From assembly GCA_028700115.1 (NCBI GenBank), contig JAQVTI010000012.1, positions 1 to 30,890 on the forward strand: DNA of 30,890 nt. The letters are read 5' to 3'. A program made the position numbers and the translations under genes. Below, in pieces: positions 9,311-17,132 of the stretch. Origin of the DNA: Candidatus Iainarchaeum sp. GTDB taxonomy: Archaea; Iainarchaeota; Iainarchaeia; Iainarchaeales; CSSED10-239. Position 1 is the first letter of the stretch. Every line of letters starts with the position of its first letter. The notes under the pieces were generated by a model. The model was not told where the DNA came from and did not search any database. It saw nothing but the letters and a program-made list of their open reading frames with translations.

Positions 9311-10063
9311 ATGATTAAATTAGTAATAAAAGATATAAAAGAATTTCATAAAAGTATTGATGCAATTGGAGTATTAATTAATGAAGGACTTTTTACTATA
9401 GATAATGAAAAAATGTTTTTAAGAGCTACAGACCCAAGTCAAATAAGCTTAGTAGATTTTGTAATGCCAAAAGATTCTTTTGAAGAATATGTAGTTGATT
9501 TAAATCAAGATATAGATAAAGTAACATTTGGAATAAATGTGAATAATCTATTACAAATATTATCACATTCAAATATAGATGAAAAATTAGTTTTAGAAAT
9601 AAAAGAAGACAAATCAACTCTTCAAATAGAACTAATTGGAAAATCAAAAAGAACATTTAGTATACCATTAATAGATGTATCAGAACAAGAACAACCACTT
9701 CCAAAAGTTCAATTTGATGTAGATGTTCAAATTCCTTCTGAAGAACTTATGGGTGGTATAAAAGATGCAAATCTTTTTAGTTCACATATTATTTTTAGAA
9801 TAGAAGATAATAAATTATTTTTAGAAACACAAAGTAGCAAAGGAAAATTTAAACAAGAAATAGAATCTGATTCAAAAAACATAATTATTTCTGGAAATAA
9901 AGCAAAGGCTATGTATCCATTAGACTATCTTCAAAATATGATTAAAAATGCAAAAACAGTTATAACTTTAAAATTAAAAGATGATATGCCTTTAGAATTA
10001 AGTTACACTATAGGAAATGCAGCAATAAGATATTTCTTAGCACCAAGAGTAGATTCAGAATAA
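9311..10063 (+). CDS. pcn: DNA polymerase sliding clamp PCNA
   Basis: 250 aa, two-domain clamp pattern, C-terminal RYFLAPRVDSE typical of archaeal PCNA. Confidence 0.9.
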   Translation: MIKLVIKDIKEFHKSIDAIGVLINEGLFTIDNEKMFLRATDPSQISLVDFVMPKDSFEEYVVDLNQDIDKVTFGINVNNLLQILSHSNIDEKLVLEIKEDKSTLQIELIGKSKRTFSIPLIDVSEQEQPLPKVQFDVDVQIPSEELMGGIKDANLFSSHIIFRIEDNKLFLETQSSKGKFKQEIESDSKNIIISGNKAKAMYPLDYLQNMIKNAKTVITLKLKDDMPLELSYTIGNAAIRYFLAPRVDSE

Positions 10064-10118
10064 ATTATTAATTTTTTAAAAAACCCCTTTTTTTCTTTTT
10101 TTATATTATATATTATTT

Positions 10119-11270
10119 TTAAAAATCAAGAATATCTCTATTTACATTAATAATTATAATTCTGGAATTACCTTTACCGTTTTTATTATCTTTTAAAGAA
10201 ATTAAATTAAGTTTATCTAATTTTTCTAAATATCTTCTTGCAGATCTTGAAGGAATATTTTCGGTAATATGAGCTAAAGAAGAATCTGATTGATCTTTTA
10301 AACTTAAAAAAAATCTTTTTTCATTATCATTTAATGTTTTAAATTTTTCTAAAAGTTTTACAGAATCAACTAAACTAGAACAACTTATTAAAATATCTTT
10401 AGAAATTTTTAAAAAACCATTTTTTTCAGAAAACTTTGAAGCCTTATAAACTAAATCAATTGCAATTCTTGCATCTCCAGAATTTTTTGCAGCAAAACCA
10501 GTAACAAATCCTATTAAATCTGTAGAAATTGCATTTTCAATCAATCCAAAATTAATTCTTTCTAAAAGGATATTTTTAAGATCAGAAGGAGTATATTTTG
10601 GAAACTCTAAATCTGTTAAAAATAAAGAACTTTGTGTTCTTAAATCTAAATAATTTATAAAAAATTTATTATTTGTTATTAAAATTAATGTAAAAAACTT
10701 AGAATTATATGAAAATCTACTTAAATCATAAAGAAGTTTTGAGCAATCATCTTTTTTTAAATTATCAATTTCATCTAAAATTATTACAGGATAAAAATCA
10801 GACTTTTTAAAAGATTCAACTAATCTATCCCAAACTTCATCAATTGCAAGCCCTCTTCTAGGCAAAATAACTTTATAAAAAGAAACAATTTTTTGAATAA
10901 TTGCAAATCTAGTATTATCTTGAATAGTATTAATATAAATATATTTTATATTATTAGAAAATTCACATAATTGATTTAAAACAAACTTAGAAATTAAAGT
11001 TTTACCTGTTCCAGAAGGACCAAAAATCAAAAGATTATTTGCTTTTTTTTTTGAAAGTAAGGGTTTTAAAAAAAATTGAAGATCAGAAATTTGTTTATCT
11101 CTAGAAACAATATTTTCTGGGAAATAATCTGGATAAAAAACAGATTCATCTTTAAATATAGATATTTCTGAATTTAAATATTCTTTAAAAATATTATTTT
11201 TTTTAGAAACCATATTTAAATAATATATAATATAATTTATAAAGAATTCTTTTTTTATTTTCTCGGTCAT
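10119..11270 (-). CDS. cdc6: Orc1/Cdc6 replication initiator
   Basis: AAA+ Walker [11 protein letters not shown], Walker B VIILDEID, C-terminal winged helix. The true start may be the internal MVSKKNN (11213). Confidence 0.9.
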   Translation of the reverse strand: MTEKIKKEFFINYIIYYLNMVSKKNNIFKEYLNSEISIFKDESVFYPDYFPENIVSRDKQISDLQFFLKPLLSKKKANNLLIFGPSGTGKTLISKFVLNQLCEFSNNIKYIYINTIQDNTRFAIIQKIVSFYKVILPRRGLAIDEVWDRLVESFKKSDFYPVIILDEIDNLKKDDCSKLLYDLSRFSYNSKFFTLILITNNKFFINYLDLRTQSSLFLTDLEFPKYTPSDLKNILLERINFGLIENAISTDLIGFVTGFAAKNSGDARIAIDLVYKASKFSEKNGFLKISKDILISCSSLVDSVKLLEKFKTLNDNEKRFFLSLKDQSDSSLAHITENIPSRSARRYLEKLDKLNLISLKDNKNGKGNSRIIIINVNRDILDF

Positions 11271-11341
11271 TTACTCTCTTTGATAATCTATATATTAACA
11301 AAAATCTTTATATATTATAAAAATACAAAAAAGGTGAAAAA

Positions 11342-11521
11342 ATGAATAAATTATATAGAAAAGACTTAATGAATATGCAAACAAGATTTTTAGTAAAAAT
11401 TAAAAAAACTCTTTTAAAAAGAATGGAATTTGGGGAATATATGACTAAAAAATATAATAATATGCTAATAGATATACTTGGGGAATTAGAAAGCAGATCA
11501 GAAATTAAAAAAGCAAATTAA
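11342..11521 (+). CDS. Unannotated 59-aa hypothetical protein
   Basis: Translates MNKLYRKDLMNMQTRFLVKIKKTLLKRMEFGEYMTKKYNNMLIDILGELESRSEIKKAN. Preceded by AAAGGTGAAAAA, the same SD used by neighbouring genes, 5-6 nt upstream. One residue under the track cut-off. Confidence 0.45.
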   Translation: MNKLYRKDLMNMQTRFLVKIKKTLLKRMEFGEYMTKKYNNMLIDILGELESRSEIKKAN

Positions 11522-11613
11522 AAATGCAATAAATATTTTTTTAAATAAAATGTTTTGAACTAAAAATACTAAATAAACCCAAAATTTATAAATATAATAT
11601 CTATAAATTATTT

Positions 11614-12126
11614 GTGCTAAAAAAAAATATTATAAAAAATAAAAAAGCATTTTTAAGTGTATTTACCTTGCTTTTTATTTTAATTTTTATAACTATATCT
11701 TTTTCTAATAATTATCAAACACTTAATGACTTTTATATAATTAATAATTTAAATACACAAAATGAAATTATCAAAAATAATTTTATAAAAATAATAGAAA
11801 ATAATTTAGATGATAAAGAAACCGATAATGAAATAATTAAACAAAAAATAAATATAGAACTTAAAAAATATACACAAGAAAAAGACATTTATATAAAGAA
11901 TAAAATAACAAATGAATTAGAAAAAATTACCCTAGAAAAATTAAATTTAATATCAGAAGTATTAATTATAAAACCTTCTAATAAAATTATTGTAAAAAAA
12001 TATATAATTACAAATGGAATATCAAAAGACAAAACCATAATTATTATACAAAAAATAAATAATCATAAAACAGAAATTGAATTTCCACAAAATTATTCAA
12101 TAACAAAGGTGGTTATTCTTGAATAA
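11614..12126 (+). CDS. Pilin-like protein with N-terminal signal/anchor (KNKKA-FLSVFTLLFILIF)
   Basis: GTG start. Basic stretch, then Ala, then a hydrophobic helix, consistent with a class III signal. First gene of an overlapping four-gene set. Confidence 0.5.
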   Translation: MLKKNIIKNKKAFLSVFTLLFILIFITISFSNNYQTLNDFYIINNLNTQNEIIKNNFIKIIENNLDDKETDNEIIKQKINIELKKYTQEKDIYIKNKITNELEKITLEKLNLISEVLIIKPSNKIIVKKYIITNGISKDKTIIIIQKINNHKTEIEFPQNYSITKVVILE

Positions 12127-12382
12127 AGCTCAAATCTCATTAGAATTTATATTTTGTATACTTATTCTATTAATAATATTAACCTTATTTATAAATATCA
12201 ATATATCTCTTAAAGAAAAATATGAAAAACAAAATGATAATATATATAATCTAAAAATATGTACACTTAAAGAAAAATATATTATAGAAAAAAATGGAGA
12301 AATAAAAAATGATTTCTGTAAAAGCACAAATTATGTTAATGGATATTTTAATATTTTTAATAATTTGCTTACTAATAATTAG
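12119..12382 (+). CDS. Class III signal peptide protein (pilin-like)
   Basis: TTG start overlapping the upstream stop by 8 nt. N-terminus MNKA-QISLEFIFCILILLIIL (QxSxE motif). Confidence 0.6.
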   Translation: MNKAQISLEFIFCILILLIILTLFININISLKEKYEKQNDNIYNLKICTLKEKYIIEKNGEIKNDFCKSTNYVNGYFNIFNNLLTNN

Positions 12383-12710
12383 TATAGAAACACAATATTT
12401 AAAAGAAAACATAATCATAAAAGAAAAAGAATATAAAAACTTAGAAGAACTAGAAAACATATTATTAATAGAAACAATGATTAGTGATAGTAACTATCTA
12501 GCAATACAAAAAGAAAACATAGATTGTAAAAATAAAATTGAAATAAAAAATTTAGATAAACTTAGAAAAATAAATAACTTAAAAAAAATAAAAATATCTG
12601 AAAAAGAAATACAAATAAACACAATAAAATGTAATTATAAAACCTATACAAGAGCAGTAATTTATAATAATAAATTTGAAATAATAGAGGTAAGTTTTTG
12701 TGAAAAATAA
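12309..12710 (+). CDS. Class III signal peptide protein (pilin-like, degenerate motif)
   Basis: N-terminus MISVKA-QIMLMDILIFLIICLLII. Overlaps the preceding gene by 74 nt in another frame. Confidence 0.55.
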   Translation: MISVKAQIMLMDILIFLIICLLIISIETQYLKENIIIKEKEYKNLEELENILLIETMISDSNYLAIQKENIDCKNKIEIKNLDKLRKINNLKKIKISEKEIQINTIKCNYKTYTRAVIYNNKFEIIEVSFCEK

Positions 12711-13059
12711 AGGCATTTTATTTACTATAGATGGTATGTTAGCACTAATATTTATAAGTTTATTAATAACTATAAATCTTAATAACACAAATAATCTAGA
12801 AGAAATTGAAAAATTAGACACACTTTTAAAAATATCAGATCTTTTAATAACATCACAACATATAGAATTAGAAAACATAAACATATTAGAAAAAAACTTT
12901 AAAAAAATATTTCCAAATAAAAAAGGATATATTAAAATAAATAATCAAATTAAAGAAATTGGAAAAAAATGTACTAATTGTGATATTATTTCACAAAAAG
13001 CAACATATATTAATAAATCTAATCAAGAAATATATATAGAAATTAGAATATATAAATAA
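12700..13059 (+). CDS. Pilin-like protein (KNKG-ILFTIDGMLALIFISLLI)
   Basis: GTG start overlapping the upstream gene by 11 nt. K-G followed by a hydrophobic helix, consistent with a prepilin-type cleavage site. Confidence 0.5.
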   Translation: MKNKGILFTIDGMLALIFISLLITINLNNTNNLEEIEKLDTLLKISDLLITSQHIELENINILEKNFKKIFPNKKGYIKINNQIKEIGKKCTNCDIISQKATYINKSNQEIYIEIRIYK

Positions 13060-13101
13060 ATTATTTTAAAAAAATATTTAAAAAATAATAACTGTAAAAA
13101 G

Positions 13102-13845
13102 ATGGAAAATATGTTTTATATAATAGGAATTGGATTAAAACCAAAGCAAATAAGTTTTGAAGCAATTGAAACTATAACAAAATGTAAAGAAATATATATA
13201 GATAATTATACAAATATATTTTCTAAAGGAAATATAAAAGATTTAGAAAAAATAATAAATAAAAAAATAATTCCATTAAATAGAAAAGAATTAGAACAAG
13301 AACAAAAATTTATTAAAAAAAAAAATTGTCTTTTAGTTATTGGAAATGCATTATCTGCAACAACACATTTTTCAATAATAAAAGATGCTGAAAAAAAAAA
13401 CATTAAAACAAAAATAATAACAGGAATTTCAATATTTAATTATAGAGGAGCATGTGGGCTTTATGAGTATAAATTTGGAAAAACTGTATCTATTGTTTAT
13501 CCTTTAAAAAATTTTAATCCAAAAAGCTTTTATGAAACTATTTTAGAAAATATTAAAATAGGAGCACACACATTATGTTTACTTGACATAAAAGTAGATG
13601 AAAATAAATTTATGACATGCAAAGAAGCATGTGAAATTCTTGAACAAATTGATGAAAAAAAAATATTAAAAGAAAAAGAATGTGTTGCATATTTTTCAAT
13701 GGGGTCAAATAAAGAAGAAATAATTAAATTTAAATTTAAAGAATATAAAGAAATAAAAACAATAAAAAAATACCCACAATCTTTGATAATTTGTGGGAAT
13801 TTAAATGAATTTGAAAAAGGGGCTATAAATGAACACAGAACTTGA
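13102..13845 (+). CDS. dphB: Diphthine synthase
   Basis: N-terminus FYIIGIGL, GNALSATTH motif, tetrapyrrole-methylase fold, length 247 aa. Confidence 0.85.
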   Translation: MENMFYIIGIGLKPKQISFEAIETITKCKEIYIDNYTNIFSKGNIKDLEKIINKKIIPLNRKELEQEQKFIKKKNCLLVIGNALSATTHFSIIKDAEKKNIKTKIITGISIFNYRGACGLYEYKFGKTVSIVYPLKNFNPKSFYETILENIKIGAHTLCLLDIKVDENKFMTCKEACEILEQIDEKKILKEKECVAYFSMGSNKEEIIKFKFKEYKEIKTIKKYPQSLIICGNLNEFEKGAINEHRT

Positions 13846-14116
13846 AGAATATGCTTTAAAATATAAACTACTTTTAGAAAAAGCACTAAGTATAATAAAA
13901 ATAAATATAGAAAACGAGTCTTTTTTAAGAGATATGGCAAAAGACTATGAACAGATGGCTAAAAATTATTTAAAAGATGGAAATATCTTTATAGAAAAAA
14001 AAGATCATAAAAGAGCACTTGCTGCATTTTCATATGCATATGGATGGATCGATTCAGGGGTAAGGATAGGTTTATTTTATGGAATTGATAGAAATTTATT
14101 TACATTATATAAGTGA
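13829..14116 (+). CDS. DUF357-family protein
   Basis: FSYAYGWIDSGVRIGLF matches the conserved DUF357 core. Overlaps dphB by 17 nt. Confidence 0.7.
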   Translation: MNTELEEYALKYKLLLEKALSIIKINIENESFLRDMAKDYEQMAKNYLKDGNIFIEKKDHKRALAAFSYAYGWIDSGVRIGLFYGIDRNLFTLYK

Positions 14117-14122
14117 TAATCT

Positions 14123-14617
14123 ATGGAAAACAAAATTGAAAATAATTTTTGTGAAATTAAAAATAATAATTTAAAATCCCAATTAATACAAAAAAATTAT
14201 GGAATTAAAGAAGATAATTTAATTTTAAAATTAGATTTATTTGAAACAATGTATCTATTTGAAAAAAACAAAATAAAAATAAAAAACATATCAAATATTT
14301 CAGAACTTGAAAAATATTGTTTAAAAAAAATTAAAAATTTTAAAGACAAATATTTAGTTTTTAAAGACTTTAGAAATAACGGATATATTATAAAAGATGG
14401 ATTAAAATTTGGATTTGATTTTAAAATTTATGAAAATGAAAAATCAAAAAAACATAATCACACAAAATATGTAGTAGATGTTAAAAGAAGCCATAAAGAT
14501 CAAATGAGTAAAATTATAAAATCAGAAAGACTTGCAAATAGTATAAAAACAAAATATATTGTAGCAATTATAGATTTAGAAAATAAAATTACAAAAATAA
14601 AAATAGAAAGAATATAA
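14123..14617 (+). CDS. endA: tRNA-splicing endonuclease
   Basis: 164 aa. YLVFKDFRNNGYIIKDGLKFGFDFKIYE followed by HTKYVVDV resembles the catalytic C-terminal domain of short-form archaeal EndA. Confidence 0.8.
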   Translation: MENKIENNFCEIKNNNLKSQLIQKNYGIKEDNLILKLDLFETMYLFEKNKIKIKNISNISELEKYCLKKIKNFKDKYLVFKDFRNNGYIIKDGLKFGFDFKIYENEKSKKHNHTKYVVDVKRSHKDQMSKIIKSERLANSIKTKYIVAIIDLENKITKIKIERI

Positions 14618-14647
14618 TAAAAAAAATAAAATTTAAATAATATAAAA

Positions 14648-15100
14648 TTATCTACAAGTTATTTCCCAAACATATCCTGTACATTGAGTATTTCTTAATT
14701 GTAAATTAATTGGAGTTTGACCATTATAAGATTCAATTAAAGCATTTGCTGATTCTCCTTTAGAAAGAGAATTTGAATCTAAAATATTAACATTACTATT
14801 ATCAAAAGAATCATCAGAATCAATTAAAATTACATTAAAATTATGATCTTCATTAAAAGAAATATCTCCTGAATTAACAAATGTAAAAGAAATTTTTTCC
14901 CCAACAGAATTATAATCACAACCTAAAAAAGTAATTGAAGCACCTATACAACTAGTATCAATAGCATTATCAGCATCAGATGTACTTTTTTGAACAAAAT
15001 TTTGACTCCAAGATAATAATAATCCAACTAAAACAATTGCAACAACAATAATTAAAACAGTTGCAATTAATGGAGATATAGATTTTTTTATATATTTCAC
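14648..15100 (-). CDS. Archaeal type IV pilin (Pilin_N/DUF1628-type N-terminus)
   Basis: GTG start. KKS-ISPLIATVLIIVVAIVLVGLLL. Four Cys arranged as C-x9-C and a C-terminal C-x8-C. GAAGGT SD upstream. Confidence 0.8.
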   Translation of the reverse strand: MKYIKKSISPLIATVLIIVVAIVLVGLLLSWSQNFVQKSTSDADNAIDTSCIGASITFLGCDYNSVGEKISFTFVNSGDISFNEDHNFNVILIDSDDSFDNSNVNILDSNSLSKGESANALIESYNGQTPINLQLRNTQCTGYVWEITCR

Positions 15101-15163
15101 AAAATAACCTTCTTTATTTTTTATTTTTAAATATAAAACAAACTTAATTTAAAATAAATATAA

Positions 15164-15190
15164 AAAAAAGATTTTATTAAAATCTTTTTT
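15164..15190 (-). terminator. Perfect AT-rich palindrome (aaaaaagatttta-t-taaaatctttttt) with a U-tract
   Basis: Lies 14 nt downstream of the stop at 15204. About 13-bp arms, and the minus-strand transcript would run into T8. Confidence 0.4.
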
Positions 15191-15203
15191 AAAATATATC
15201 TAT

Positions 15204-15680
15204 TTAACTATGACAATTCTTAAATGTGTAAGTTGCATCAGAACTACAAACAGAAGACTTCACAGTTACATTAAAGGTGTCTCCAGTTAAACCTAAATCT
15301 GAAATATCCATATTTACCTTAACTTGTTGACCAGAAGTTAATCCAGCCCATGTAGAATATGAAGATATAGTATTAGAACCATTATAATCCCCACCATCAC
15401 TAGAAACTTGTATTAAAAAATCATCTGCTGTTGTAAAATCATAATTTGAACCAATATTTTTAACATAAAAAACTATATTCCCATCTATTACAGAACAAGA
15501 AGGTATAGTTAAACTAGCCCCTGTACAAGTTGTATCAATAATATTACCTGTTTCAGAAAGACTATTTGTAGTAAAAGACTTACCCCAATTTAATACAATT
15601 GCAACTAATGCAACTGCAACAACAATTAATAAAACTGTTGCAATTAATGGAGAAATTCCTTTTTTATTTCTTAAATTCAT
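15204..15680 (-). CDS. Archaeal type IV pilin (Pilin_N/DUF1628-type N-terminus)
   Basis: NKKG-ISPLIATVLLIVVAVALVAIVL. Cys pattern C-x9-C plus C-terminal C-x10-C. AGGTGA SD upstream. Confidence 0.8.
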   Translation of the reverse strand: MNLRNKKGISPLIATVLLIVVAVALVAIVLNWGKSFTTNSLSETGNIIDTTCTGASLTIPSCSVIDGNIVFYVKNIGSNYDFTTADDFLIQVSSDGGDYNGSNTISSYSTWAGLTSGQQVKVNMDISDLGLTGDTFNVTVKSSVCSSDATYTFKNCHS

Positions 15681-15731
15681 TATTAATCACCTATTTTAAA
15701 TATTAAAAGATATTTTAATTTTTAATAAATA

Positions 15732-16190
15732 TTAATTACAATTTGTAGTTTGTGCAATTTTATCTGGGCAGCTATCAATATATACTTGAACTTTTTTTAA
15801 AGGCTCAGATAAATTTTGAAAATCCTCTATAGGAGAATATACACTATTATCTATAGCCATTGCATTTCCTACAAAATTTGGTGCAAAATCAGAACTTACA
15901 ATATGATTATTTGCATCAATTACTGTTAATATTAAATTATCATCAATCTCTACAGTTGATTTATCATATAAAATAAAACTTAGCCCATTTGTAGAATCAT
16001 AACTACAACCATAATCTATATAAAAATCAATAGCTGTACAATCAATCCATTCATTTGTTTTTTTAGTTAAACTTTCAGTAGTTTCTTTAGCATTTTGAGA
16101 AGACCAAGAATATAATATTCCTGCTAAAGATAAAGCTACTGCAACTAATAAAATTGTTGCAATTAATGGAGAAATTCCTTTTTGTTTCAT
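15732..16190 (-). CDS. Archaeal type IV pilin (Pilin_N/DUF1628-type N-terminus)
   Basis: MKQKG-ISPLIATILLVAVALSLAGIL. Cys pattern C-x10-C plus C-terminal C-x9-C. About 30 nt at the 5' end is nearly identical to the paralog at 15680. Confidence 0.8.
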   Translation of the reverse strand: MKQKGISPLIATILLVAVALSLAGILYSWSSQNAKETTESLTKKTNEWIDCTAIDFYIDYGCSYDSTNGLSFILYDKSTVEIDDNLILTVIDANNHIVSSDFAPNFVGNAMAIDNSVYSPIEDFQNLSEPLKKVQVYIDSCPDKIAQTTNCN

Positions 16191-16290
16191 AAAAATCTTA
16201 ATTTACTAAATTTTTTTAATAAATGTTATTAAAATATAATAAATATATTACCCATATATATATAAATGTTATTTATTTTATAAAAATAAA

Positions 16291-17130
16291 CTAAATAAAC
16301 AAAATTGTTGTAAGAACATAAATTGGAATAGAAACCCCTAACAAAATAATTGAATGCCTTATACCAGCAATTGCATTATTTTCAGAAATTTTACCAATTA
16401 CTGGACCTGCAAAAATACCTTGAATTAATATTAAATATAAAAAATATTTATTAAAATCTACATCAGACACAGGGGTTATACCACTAGAAGCACCAGTTAC
16501 AGATAAAGAATTGGAAGTAAGCATAGGTAAAAATATAATTTGGATAATTAAAACAATACCAATGAAAACAAAAAACATAAAATAACTTGAAAAAATTGTA
16601 GAAAATGTTTTAGATTTTCTTTGGGCAACCATATCATTTAAAGTTCTTACATAATTTGAAATTGATGCAAAAATTTTAATAATATTCCCCCCAACTTTAG
16701 TAGTTTCAGAAATTATTTGAGTTACTTGCTTAAATGTTGGAGAATCTAAAATACCAAAAGTATCATTAAAAGCACTCTCAAAAGAAACCCCAATTTTAAC
16801 TTGTGCTGCAAGCCTTTTAACAGGTTCATTTAAAGAACCATAATCATGTCTGGTTGTAATTTCAATAGCAGTTACAATATTCATACCACCTTGAAGAAGA
16901 TCTTTTAAATCATCTAAAAAAACAAAAAGATTTTTTTCATAAGATTTAATTTTTCTACTATATATTCTTGCTGCAAGCCCAATAGATAATAATAAAGGAA
17001 AAATAGAAAAAATTAAAATTTTAGTATTAAATAATAATACAAAAACAATAATACTACCAATTAAACCTTTAGACCCATAATTTAAAAAAAACTTTTGTCT
17101 TGGATTTAATTTAATATTTTTATTATCCAT
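16291..17130 (-). CDS. Type IV pilus/archaellum platform protein, single T2SSF domain (TadC/FlaJ-like half)
   Basis: 279 aa. Cytoplasmic helical T2SSF-like domain (LKDLLQGGMNIVTAIE...) flanked by TM helices. Confidence 0.7.
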   Translation of the reverse strand: MDNKNIKLNPRQKFFLNYGSKGLIGSIIVFVLLFNTKILIFSIFPLLLSIGLAARIYSRKIKSYEKNLFVFLDDLKDLLQGGMNIVTAIEITTRHDYGSLNEPVKRLAAQVKIGVSFESAFNDTFGILDSPTFKQVTQIISETTKVGGNIIKIFASISNYVRTLNDMVAQRKSKTFSTIFSSYFMFFVFIGIVLIIQIIFLPMLTSNSLSVTGASSGITPVSDVDFNKYFLYLILIQGIFAGPVIGKISENNAIAGIRHSIILLGVSIPIYVLTTILFI

Positions 17131-17132
17131 TA

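Noticed and set aside
9426-9656. Antisense ORF within pcna
   Set aside because: Shadow ORF inside a confidently identified gene.
10064-11613. Replication origin flanking orc1/cdc6
   Set aside because: It is plausible by position, but I could not identify repeated ORB-like boxes by eye in either flank. Only generic TATA-like tatattata elements are present. It needs computation.
12130-12884. Three minus-strand ORFs (12130-12327, 12251-12460, 12579-12884) across the pilin-like operon
   Set aside because: F/I/L/S-rich products typical of antisense AT-rich DNA. The plus-strand genes carry consistent signal motifs and coupled starts.
13206-13940. Minus-strand ORFs 13206-13403 and 13530-13940
   Set aside because: They are antisense to diphthine synthase and DUF357, both of which have clear family motifs.
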